Part shown: piece by piece, positions 52,401 through 64,000 of the stretch
How positions within the stretch are numbered: the stretch's first letter is position 1
Layout of the letters: each line of letters starts with the position of its first letter
Source: a virus
Taxonomy: Duplodnaviria; Caudoviricetes
IMG/VR virus record: IMGVR_UViG_3300031853_000011
Span: 37,042-101,041 of that record
DNA length: 64,000 nt
Direction: 5' to 3' (one strand)
Translations under genes and position numbers: made by a program
Notes under the pieces: generated by a model
Told to the model about the DNA's origin: nothing
What the model saw: only the letters and a program-made list of their open reading frames with translations
The model's database searches: none

Positions 52401-55400
52401 AAGTGGCAGGATGATTTGGAGTTAGCAATGCTTGTAAATAAGTTCTAGCTAAAACCTTTGAAAATGACATACTTTGCTAATGAAAGTAAAGCTGAATCTG
52501 GAGCAGGATGTTTCTTCAACATGCCTGTATACAATAAAATGGCTATATTCCCAATGTTTGAATACGCATGTGCTTCTGAAACTGGTACTTAGTTATATAA
52601 ACGAATGAATAAGCCTGGTAATGAAATAGATATGCTAGGTTTCGATTCTTCTGTTAAAGTAGGTTGTAATAAAAACATGTGGACTCCATTCAACGATGGG
52701 GATAAACCTACATCTGATTATTCTAAATTAAACAATATAAACGATATGACATCTTTTGTTGATTCTGAATCAGATAATTATATCGACGAAAATGGAGAAA
52801 ATCATTCTAGAGTTAATAAAGAAAGCTCTGTAGACGACATTAACAACTTATTACCTGTTCAGATTCAATACGTTGATAGATTAAGACTTCAGTTGAATAC
52901 TGACGCGCACGAAGCAGATCAACGAGCTATAGGTACTTAGATGTTTAAGATTGCGTTTTCTAATATATTTGATAATGAAGAATATGGTCTAGGTAAGACC
53001 GGAGATAACATCACAGGTAGAAATTTGAAGAATGACATAATGGCTTGTATCAACGCTCTTACTAGATTAGGAGTCAACGATATACAAAAGAAATTCTTCA
53101 ATAAGGACAATAGTCTTAATGATGAAGCAGTTGCGAAATTAGTACAAACAATTGTTCAAAACAACGGACTTGGCTCTTCAGCAGAAGAGATTATACAAAA
53201 CGGTGGAGTTGTAGCATCACTTATGTCTAGAACTTTATTTGAACAAAGTGTTAGTAAGAAAGTAAATAAAGCTGTTGTCGATATTAACACAAACGGTGGT
53301 AGTGCGGTACAGCAATCTATATTTGGATTTGTAGGAAACAATCTAAACAATGGAAAAAACACAACTGATCAAAAGAGTTTTGATTTCGAAAACTTAAGCA
53401 ACCAAGGTTATCATGTACCTAATGGTGGTAGAAAGCTTAAATGGTTGAAGAAAGACAACTCAATGGAGGTTATGTTAGGTATGAACTTCTTTAGACCTGT
53501 TCTTGAAGGTGTTAAATGTGATGAAAACGGAAATATAACAAAAGATGGTAAATATAATCTTTGGAATAGAGGTACTTATAACTCACAAAGAGCTTGGTTG
53601 TTAGAGCACAACATGATTGGTGCAAAAGCCAAACCGTTTGGTATCGGTTATCGTATTCCTACCCAGGGTATGTCTTCAATGTTTGCGTTCTGTGTAGCAG
53701 ATGTTCTTCCTTGTGTAGCAGGTGATACTATTATTGTACCAGATGCATTTACAGCCCAGACTGGTTCTGACTTCGACGTTGATAAATTGTTCTTGGCGAC
53801 ATTCTCTTATAAAAACGGAGTCAAAGAGCATATTGATGCTAAGATTCTTGAATATGACGAAGATGTAACTTACAAAGACAAAAACGGCAAGGAAGTAAGT
53901 AAAACTGTTCATAAAACTCATTATTTTGCTAATTAGGCTCAGTTGGATGCGTTTAACAACAAGAAGAAAGGAAAGACGAGATTAGATAGCGATTAGATAC
54001 ACAACGTTAAAGTTACAGAAGCTGCTGATATTGAAAATAACTCTTCAATAACATCTAGAACTAGACAAATGATATATCAGCATGCGTCAAAAGGTGCCAT
54101 AGGAAACAAACTTCTTGAAGATTATATGAAAGTAATAACAGATAATAGAAACTTCAAACAATCAAGAGGTTCTATTGATACTATTACAGATTATATAACT
54201 AAAGTGATTGTACCTATGATATCACAAAGCACCGCTGGTTATAAAGAAGGTATGTACGACGCATCGCCTTCTTTCCAAGAAAGAACAAAGATGGAGTTCT
54301 CTACTGGTAAAGACGGTATTGGTCCTTTTGCTTTGAATATTACAAACATGGCTTTGACCCAATATGCACATCTTACGTTCGATTATGGTGACAACTTGTT
54401 TGAACTTGGAGATTTGGATAACCCATTATCACAAGATGGTTCATATGTTGCAGACTGGTTATCAGCAATGGTCAACGCTCATGTGGACGTTGCTAAAGAT
54501 CCTTATATATTTACTATCAATGTAAACAAAGCTACTTATAAAATTACAAACTTCTTAATAAGAGCTGGTAAAGGCGCAGGTACATTCACATTCTTAGCTC
54601 AACCATCGTTGAAGAAATATGCAAATATGATAAATTCAGCAGGTGGTATGTATGGAGGTAATTTGGATGGCTCTAACTTGGGAACTAAATCTAGAAATGA
54701 TATATTTAACGAACAATTTAAACAAGCAAAAGATTCTACTCTTGCAGCATTCCGTGCTTTAAAATCAAAAGGTTTGTCGAAAGAACAAGCTGCATTATAT
54801 ACTAAATACAACACTTGGGTTAAAATCTTAACTGGCGATTTGAAAGCATCAGATATGCCAGAAGAATCTAAAGAATTGTTTAGACATGTATTTGATATAG
54901 AAAAAGGTGCTTATGCTATTCAACATCCTAAAACTTTCTATGGTAAATTCTTCCAATTACTTACGTTGTATACGTTTGATAAATTGTCTAGATATGCTGA
55001 TGAAATGAGTGACCTTGTAAAGAATTCACGAATTGATACAAAGAAATTTGGTAATTCTGTTGCAACACAAATGGATTATATGAATAAGTATAACGCATTT
55101 AGATTTGCAAAAGACAGAGGAAGTAAACCTAGATGGGTTATTAACAAGAATGGTAAAAAAATAGGCTCTTCTAAAGAAAATCCTAACTATGCGTTGGATA
55201 TGTATTTCAACACAACATATCTTGATAATAAACTTTAGAATGCTGTACATTTAACAAAAGCCATTTTGTCTGGACAAACATATACAGCTACTTCTGAGTA
55301 TGAATAGTTATTCAACGACATTATGCGTAGAAAATACGGTGAGAAATAGTTGATTAAAACGTTCATGAATCAGAAAAACGAAGTTCAACAGGTTGAAACT

Positions 55401-58172
55401 ACTGGATATAATCCAAAGGCTAGTGATGATGTTGTAAAAGGTTTATCACAATCCATGGATGATATTATCAGATATAGAGTGTTCAAACAATTCGGACAAA
55501 CTATCTTAGCTCGATATGAATCTGATGAAGAAAACGCTAAAGGTCCTATAGATTTCTTTAGCAGTAATCCTGCTGATGAATAGAGAAGATTATTATTTGG
55601 CTTACCTATAGAAAAGGGTAAAGATCCTTCGTATCTTAACTATTCTATATACGACAGAATTCAAGCACTTATCAACAGAGCTGATGAGTTTGGTTTAGAA
55701 GACAATGAGTTACTTAAATTCATAACACCTGTTGCACCTAAAAATAAATCTAAGTTCAATATACCTAAACTTCTTTTGAAATCTTCTTAGATGGATATTG
55801 CAGAACAAGAGAAGCAACTATTGACCTCTGCGTTTGAACAATTACTATCACATGAAGATTTGTCTGTAAGAAGATTGGCAAGAGATATTGCAAGATTTGC
55901 TTATTTTAGTACATATGATCAAAATACAGTAAATTCTTTCTTTGATTTAGTGCCTACTCAATACAGAGTACAATACGACTAGGCTTTGGCTTATGGTTTG
56001 AAAAACCCAGGTAGCACATTCGATGCTATTTGTGGTAGTGGTGCTAACTATATATACGGAGTTATAGCTAGAAACTATTGGTTTGATGATAGTATTGTAG
56101 ACATATATAACGGTCAAGAAAAAGCATCTAATAGTATTATAGCTGGTATCGAAAACAGATACAAGATATTTAGACAAAACGGTCAGTTAGTATACGGTAT
56201 AATGTTTATAAAAGCCCAAAATGCAAACGCTGAATATATAAAGATGTAGAAAGGCGATACGACTTATCTATACAGAAAAGCAGGTGTTATTAAAACTACA
56301 TATAAGAACGATAATGGAAAGAAACAAACTGTCAACAAGAATGTATATGTAATAATACCAAAAGCAGGTTTACATGATGGTAAGAATCATTATTATGAAT
56401 TCTTTATAGATGATAAAAATCATTCATTATTTAGTGATAATGCTTTACCAGAAACATTGATGTATAATGATCATGATGATTATAAAGGATTGGGTACGTA
56501 TATTAAAGAACTTGTAAAAGACCCTGATGTACAAGCTACTAAAAAACAGAGGGAAATGTATTCTGACATACAATGTGAATTTGTTGAAAGTTATGATTTT
56601 GAATTCAGTGGTACTTATTATAGAGTACAAACTGAAGCTGAAGATACTAACTTACATAATTCAGATAATACTGTAGAATTTGTACCAACAGACGATCCTA
56701 AACAAATGGTTAACACGTTATCTGATTGTAATATTGATATTGAAGAGGGTGATGATGAAAAAGCGGTAGTGAAGAAAATTACTGATGCTGTTAGTGATAA
56801 CAACACTACAAACCCTAAATCATTATCTATTGTTGATAACAGATAGGACGTAGAACCTACAGATGAAGAAATAGCAGAATATGTTATATCATAGGTTAAT
56901 GCGTTTAGAAAAGAGTTAACTAATAATGATTCTGTTCAAGATATAGAAGATCAAGTATCTGAATATAAAGATCAGGTTTCTGCAACAGCTATTGATGATA
57001 TAAAACAGCAAAAAGAAGATGATTTTATATTTGCTGTAATGTAGGAAGCTATTATGCAAGGAGTTAAGTTAAATAAGACATATACAACTAATGACCGTGC
57101 AGGTATAGCATTAGCAAAAGCTACTAGATTGTTGTTCAGCGACATATAGGATGGTTCTATGATGTTGTTTGACAAGAATATGAAAGAAGAAGATCTTTAT
57201 CCTGTCATTTCTCAACTATCTGGAAACAATAATAGAGTTGACTCTGAGGAAGAAACAGATATGAAGGAAAATATGTCAGAAATAATACAATCTAGTGAAG
57301 ATTTTGAAGATAATTTGAAACAAAAAGATGAAGATGCATCTAATATAGAAGGAGTAAATATACTTGGTCCAGAAACTAAGATTAATATTTATGCTGGAAC
57401 TAATGAGAATGCTGATTTGAGTAATCTTGCTATTAGACCTTTTTCTTTAAATAGATTTGCCGCAATTCCTACTAATAAAGATTGGCATACTGAAGCTACA
57501 GATAGCCATAAAACACTCGATAGAGTTTCTAGAATTCTTGAAAAGAGTAATCTGGTAGGATTAAATGATTCTAATCCAATTCAAGTAAATTCTGTTGAAA
57601 ATTTATTTCAAGCTCTCAAAGTTTTATATGGAGCAGATGAATATTTTGAAACTGTAGGAAACAATGATGAATTTAGGCTATCTAAAGAAGGAAAACAAGT
57701 ATTTCTTAATATATTAAGAGCAACTCCTGCAAGAGCTAAACAATTAGGTAGAACTGTAAAAGGTTTAAATTCTAATGTTTGGAATGCAGATTCTTCTACT
57801 TTGATGAAAGCAATTATACAAGTGTCTTTTGGTAGTAATCCACAAGCTATTCAAAGACTTCTTGCAACAGGTAACGCTACTCTTACACACAGACAAGATA
57901 GAGGTAAGTGGGGAACTGAGTTCCCTAAGCTTCTTATGGAAGTAAGAAATGAATTACGAGAACAGCGACCTATAAATCAAAACAATAATAGTAATGTATC
58001 TTCTGATGATTCAGAACTGTTAATAAATTCTACAGATAATGATAATGCTGAAGCATTTGAGCAAACGTTTAGTTTAGATGATTTATCAATAGAAGACGAT
58101 TCTATAATAAAAGAGAGTGAAAAACCAACTGAGTAGTCTGAAGACAAAGATCAGTTTAGCGATAAATGTTAA
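40488..58172 (+). CDS. Giant virion-associated DNA-dependent RNA polymerase polyprotein (~5894 aa) with zincin HExxH motif and C-terminal NADAR domain
   Basis: About 20 track ORFs share one frame and end in TAG; first TAA seen at 58170. RIPTQG..TGSDFDVDKLF catalytic motif (DFDVD at 53769-53783), HEAWH at 48627-48641, NADAR-like region 57381-57962. Confidence 0.88.
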
Positions 58173-58177
58173 TAATT

Positions 58178-61100
58178 ATGGGTGGAAATTTTTGTCCTTA
58201 TTATAAAAATAAGGAAGTTTTTAAACAATTTAATTAGATTATAACTGCTCTTGGTGGTAAACCTATGAGCGAAGAAGAATTTAAGTCTAGAGAGCTGAGA
58301 CATCAGCGCTCTGGACTTGATTATTCTGCTATGGAGGCTGCATATAGGATGTGGGAGTTAAACAAAGGTAACTCTTATGATAAAGCCCCTAACGGAGAAG
58401 ATTCTATTATATTCCAAAGTCTTCTTCTTAAAAACAACAATGATGTAAATGCAGCAATTAGAGCAAAGTCAGCCATCTACACAAAGAAATTTGCAGATAA
58501 ATATGGAGATTGGTTGGGTTTGAATAATGAAAATGAAATAGCTACTATATTAAAAGAAGCTAAGGCTAATGGAACTTTTATGAAAGCCCCTAATGGTAAA
58601 GATACTAATCTTACTGAAAAGCAATGGCTTCTAGTTAGAACTAAAGCTTTTAAAGAGTGGTTTGGTGATTGGGAAAATGACCCAGAAAATGCATCTAAAA
58701 TAGTAGATGAGAATGGTGAACCTTTGGTAGTATATCATGGAACTGACAACGCTTTTACTGTATTTGACCCTACAAAGCAAGATGGTGAACATGAGGCATT
58801 TTATTTTACCGATTCTCAAGAAATGGCAAAAAGTTACAAAGGTGGAACAGTTTTAATACCTGTGTTTCTTAACGTTAGAGATTCTTATGAAGTAGATGCT
58901 AAAGGAAGAAACTGGAATGACATTGAGTTAGATCTTGCTACTAAAGCCAAAACACCTGTTGAATTTGCTGAATTAGTATTAAAACAACAACAAGTTGAAA
59001 TTGAGACTGCAAAGCGTGGTCGTTATGATGAATTTTGGGGTAAATTTGTAAAGGATGAAAAATATACAAATGAAAAAATAAAAGCTATTACTGAGAGGTA
59101 TCTTCCTAAACTATACAAGAGATATTTAGAATTACAGAACGAGCACTCTAACAATCCAATAAAAAATATAAAACGTATATTAGAAATGCGCAGTATAATG
59201 AAAACCATTTCTAATATATATAAAGATGCTTATAGTCGTAATAGCTATGGTAAATCTCAGGAACGTGTTTCTACAAGAGATTTGGATTTAGTCTTAAATG
59301 ATAAAGAGGGTATTATAATACAAAATGTTAAAGACTATGGTTCCAAGGTTGAAAAACCACTTCCTCATAATGTTTATGTAGTATATCAACCAAACCAAGT
59401 TAAATCAGCTACTGACAACAATGGTGAGTTCTCTAAAGAAGATAACCACATAAGACATTCTATTATGCCGTTAGATTAGATGGGTTTAAACAATGAAGAC
59501 GAAATAGCTACCATATTAAAAAAAGCTAAAGCCAACGGTACTTTCATGAAGGCTCCTAACGGTAAGCCTACAAAGCTTACTGAAAGACAATGGCTTCTAG
59601 TTAGAACTAAGGCATTTAAGAAATGGTTTGGAGATTGGGAAAAATTTGCAAGAATTAATCCTGAGATAGAAAATCAATTAGCTTTAGTATTTGAAAGAAA
59701 TCCTGAGTTAAGTAAAATAGGTTCTATAAGAGAATACGCAGCTTATTTGGCAGACAAATTTCCTAATAGTGTAGATAGGAGCATTTACTGGCATGGTACT
59801 AATGAAGATTTATCAGAAGGCTTCAAGTCTGCAAAGAGAGGTAGAGGGTCAGGTGCTCCTGAAACTCAATCAAGAAATGATTTCTATCTTGCAAAACAAG
59901 CTTGGACAGTATTACAATATGTTGATGGAGTAAACAGAAACTCTGTTGATAAGAACGGCTTTGCTCATTGGAATAAACTGTGGTGGGAATTTAAGGAAAT
60001 AATGTCTAATGGTCGTAGGGAAAATAACGACTGGAAAGACTTAGTAATTAACGAAGAAAATGTAAGACAAGCTATTCCTAATAAAAAAGGTGAATTTAAT
60101 CGTGATAAAGGAGGAGGAAATGGCAAATGGCTTAAAGAAAGAAAAGCTGATTACGGTTATGAAAATAAGTCAGACAGAGAATTCTTTGAAGAAATTTTTG
60201 GCATACAATGGGGTAAAGACACCTTTAACTCTTGGACAAAAAGAAATGCTGAGATATTCAAGTCCCTTGAAAAAACTCAGAAGGGCATTTATCCTGCGAT
60301 AATTAATACTCAGAATCCTATAAGAGAAAAAGGACAGAATACTTATTATGAATAGCAGAGGGGCCTCTTTACTCAAGCAGAAAGAGAAGGCAATGATGCT
60401 ATTCTTGGAGAGCAGACAGATAATGAGTTTGGTTCTGATGTTGCTGTTGTATTGAATGCTTCTGAAAGGAATGTACATTTCCTTGGTACTAAAGAAGATA
60501 TTGAGGACTTTAAGAAATGGCTTGAAGAAAACCGTGCTTCCAAAGTAGTAGATGAGAATGGAGAGCCTTTGGTTGTTTATCATGGAACTTTTGGAGAATT
60601 CACTAAATTTGATTTTGAAAAACTTGGTGAAACAACAGGTCAGGGATATTACACAGACCATATAACAGGAGAAAGAATACCGTTTGATTCTACCTATGCC
60701 TTTTTCTTTACAGACAACGAAAATGCAGCGTATTCTTATAGAAATTTAGCTATTTATCAACAAAACCAATTTAGAGCAAAAGTATATAATAATCTAGCAG
60801 CAATTTTTTCTAATAAGGCTGATTTATTTACTAAATTTGATGGAAAAGAGAAAGAAGAGCAGCGTAACTTTATAGATAATGTCGTTTCTCCTTTTATAGG
60901 TTTTGATGTTAGGAGAGAAAGTAATGCAATTATTAAAGGTACAAGCACTTTAAGTGAAAAACAAAAAAGTGAACTTGCTGATAGATTTATGAAAATGGCT
61001 CTTAAAATAAAAAGACTGCCAGAGCCAAGAGCTATTTCTAATCAGCGTGCTAATTTAAGTGAGTATAGGAATAAATTGAAGTGGCTTATAAATAATAAGG

Positions 61101-64000
61101 ATAACATAATAAATGGTAAATATATACCAGCCTTTGAAGAAAAGACACTATCAATAACTTCCAATTATGGAGATTGGAATAAAGGAGATGTATATTTAAC
61201 AATAGCATATCGTGATGGAAAATACGAAATTTTAGGATTAACCAGAAAAGCTGGAGACTGGTAGCCTATTACTAAAAACAATTTTGATGCTGTAATAGAA
61301 GAATACAATAGAGGAATTGTTCAAAATGCTGAGGCTTTAGCAAAGGAAGAAAAAGAAGGCAAATATGATTCTAAAGGAACTGTTATGGGAGTGTTTTTAA
61401 ATATTAAAAACCCTCTTGAGCATGATTATGAAGGCTCTGCTTTTCCTGATATGTATACAAAAAATGATAAATATCCTACTGCCTATGTTGCTGCAAGGCA
61501 AATGAGGAATGCAAGAAAGAATGGTAATGATGGTGTGATATATAAAAATATAAGAGATCCATTCTTAATGACTTCTTATGGGATTCTTGGTGCAAACCAA
61601 GTTAAATCAGCTACTGACAACAATGGTGAGTTCTCTACAAAAGATAACCATATAAGACATTCCAACATACAGTTAGATTAGAATGGAGAACCAGCATTTT
61701 AGAGCAGCTCTAATAAGACAGATTCTTTTGGAGAAAGGTTTGATAACGCGTACCCAGAATCTTTATTTGGTAAAGATATAAACAAACGTCTAATGGACGG
61801 AGAATCTGTATCAAGTAATGAAATATTGGATATTCTTCTATAGAAGAACACAATGTCTGACGTCAATGTTGGCTTAGCTCAAGCCTTACATTAGTATAAT
61901 GTTCCTGTAAAGTTCGAAGCTATAGACGACCCAGGAGCTCTAATGGAGTTTAAAATAGTAGGTGGTGAACGTTACATAGCTATAGATGCTTATAAAATGA
62001 CGCTGGTTTCTAAACTTTATTCATCAGATGCATTCTTACATGAAATCATACACCACACTGTAGAAGATACATTATACAATCCTAGAACTCAAGCCCAACG
62101 CGAATTCAGAGATCTTAATAAGAAATTGTATGATTTGTTTGATAAACGTTTTCCTAAGTCTCAATACGATCGTAGTAACACTCGTGCTGGTTATTATGCG
62201 CTCACAGATGAATATGAATTTGCAGCAGAGTTTGCTACAAAGAAACAGACAAGAGAACTCGTATTTAGAGAAGCTTAGAAAATGTATGAAGAGGGTAATA
62301 AAGCTATTTTACAGAAAATAAAATATTATGTAAACAAGCTTTCAAAAGCTTTGTTTGATAAGGCTCTCTTTAAAGAACCAACTATTTCTTATCTTCAAAA
62401 AAAATCAGCTCTTTCTGATCTTCAAAAATATCGCAAACAGTTCGAAGATTATATCTACAACAATAAGGTATTTCATCCAAATGTACCAACATCATAGTTG
62501 TTAGATGAAGTGTATAATAGTTTAAATCAAGACGCTTTAAATGAAGAGTGGTTCATGGATTAGAGAGCTGATTTAAAACGAATACATCAACATATAACAT
62601 AGGCTTATATAGATACTGGAGAGTTCAATCAAGGGCGATCCGATACTGAAGAAGAAGCTCAGAAAAAAATATCTAAGATATCTAAAGATATTGCAGGAAT
62701 TCTTACTAAACGTCTTGCAGCTGTGTTGGCTTCTAACATATCTGCACAAAATAAAAGTAGATTTAGTTAGGAATTATAGATGCAGATTCAACAGTTTAAT
62801 TCGGAACAAGTTGAAAAATACAAAGCTGTATTCACTTTCATTGGATAGATTGCACCACAATTAGCAGAAGATGTTAAGAATATAGATCGTATAAACAATA
62901 AGAATATACTTACAAGTGATACGTCTTATATGTATAACAAACACGATTATTTTGGAGCTTATGATGAGATATTAGCTAAAATTCTTTAGATATTTAATAA
63001 CGATTCTATAGTAAAACTTCTTGTTGCTGAAGCTAAATAGAATAACGAAGAAGATACAATTCTTGATAATATTGATAAATATAGAACCATTGCTGAGAAA
63101 TGTAAAGCTGAAGCTAATAGAGCTTCTTCAGTTATGGATTAGATATTATTGCGAAACGTAAAACGAGATTTAGCTTAGATAGGAAATGAGACATATTCAC
63201 CTAATATGGGTAAATTTATAGAACAACTTGATAATTACGGAGTTGATATAAACGCATTTACTCAATATTTAGGAGATTTGTCAAGATCTAATAATGAATC
63301 TTTAAAAGCTCTTGTACATCTTGTAAATAAAGCAAATAGTGATACTGATAAATTAGTACATGAAAAATCTATATAGTTGTTAAAATTACAAGAGGGTTTG
63401 AAATCTGGAGAATCAATCTAGGATTTATACGAACGCGACGGTAGATATGCTACAGGTTACCTTGTTAGAAAGTATAACTATGGTAAGTTTTATAATGATT
63501 ATAATGAGTTTATGACGAAACTTAACATATCATTGGGTTTAGATCCTAAGAACAGGTCAATACCTGATGATGATGAATTAAGAAAACAATGGCAAAGCAA
63601 GAAAAATGATTGGTTAGCTGAGCATTGTGAGCGTAAATTCACTAAAGACTATTATGATAATTTTATAAATTTATCAAAAGAAACAAGAGAGGCATACGAC
63701 ATTCTGCAAAATCAAATTCGTCTCATAAAAGATAAATGTATCGACCCTGATACTGGATTTTATCATTATGAGAAACTATCTAAAAGCGACTGGGACAACC
63801 TTAATGATTTGTAGATGCAAAAACGTCAACTAAAATCACCATGGTTCCCAAACGGTGAGTCGAAACAAGGAAGTCCTACTGAATACAAAATCTATAAAGA
63901 ACTCACAGAGCTTGATAAGAAGCTATTTGGAGATAAATAGGTTAAGATGAATAAAAAAGCTTGGATTGACGCAAGAACAGAAGTTATAAAACAATGTGGC
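58178..64000 (+). CDS. Second giant virion polyvalent protein (partial, >1940 aa): three ART-PolyVal-like modules, zincin HEIIH motif, helical region
   Basis: One frame from ATG 58178 to the window end through TAGs. VVYHGT..FYFT..NQVKSATDNNGEFS repeated; FLHEIIHH..EYEFAAE at about 62033-62235. Confidence 0.82.
59391..61662 (+). repeat. 70-nt direct repeat (59391-59460 and 61593-61662) closing two ART modules
   Basis: 67/70 identical, first 45 nt perfect (caaaccaagttaaatcagctactgacaacaatggtgagttctcta). Confidence 0.9.

Noticed and set aside
56650-57150. Possible degenerate SLOG/YpsA-like domain before NADAR
   Set aside because: Only a faint resemblance (DRAGIALAKA); the glycine-rich signature is missing.
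387-60948. Minus-strand and off-frame ORFs in the track
   Set aside because: They are short shadows of long + strand genes with no recognisable motifs.
59391-61662. Direct repeats as CRISPR, DGR template/variable repeat or att sites
   Set aside because: There are only two in-frame coding copies 2.2 kb apart, with no spacers and no reverse transcriptase or integrase in the window.
784-64000. Fragmented ORFs as pseudogenes of a decaying prophage
   Set aside because: The breaks I checked are all TAG, frames are preserved, catalytic motifs are intact and a CUA tRNA is present. This is recoding, not decay.
1-64000. Assignment to a specific Crassvirales family or host genus
   Set aside because: This needs a terL/MCP phylogeny or CRISPR spacer matches, which cannot be done by eye.

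Overview
Structural and late-gene arm of a crAss-like (Crassvirales) phage genome, with every supported gene on the + strand. AT-rich start contexts without Shine-Dalgarno sequences and the tRNA style suggest a Bacteroidota host. The genome reads TAG as a sense codon, most likely Gln (translation table 15). An amber-suppressor tRNA (anticodon CTA, tRNA-Gln-type body) lies at 37-108, and the standard-code ORF fragments join in frame across TAG into about 29 intact genes that end only in TAA or TGA. Gene order: tRNAs, dUTPase, tail-fibre-like genes, a 2260-aa CotH-kinase/LRR/Ig-like protein, terminase, portal, a GH73 + ADP-ribosyltransferase-like (ART) cargo protein, scaffold, major capsid, ring/tail proteins, a lysis cassette, IHF-like protein, tail tubular and muzzle proteins, ejection proteins, a ~5894-aa virion RNA polymerase polyprotein (DFDVD) ending in a NADAR domain, and the start of a second giant protein with three ART-like modules and a zincin motif. 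The most interesting candidate system is a virion-delivered ADP-ribosylation writer/eraser set (ART array next to NADAR), built from modules that look exchangeable. All domain calls come from motif recognition by eye, not from database searches. For the longest genes, continuity rests on all fragments sharing one frame plus spot-checked gaps.
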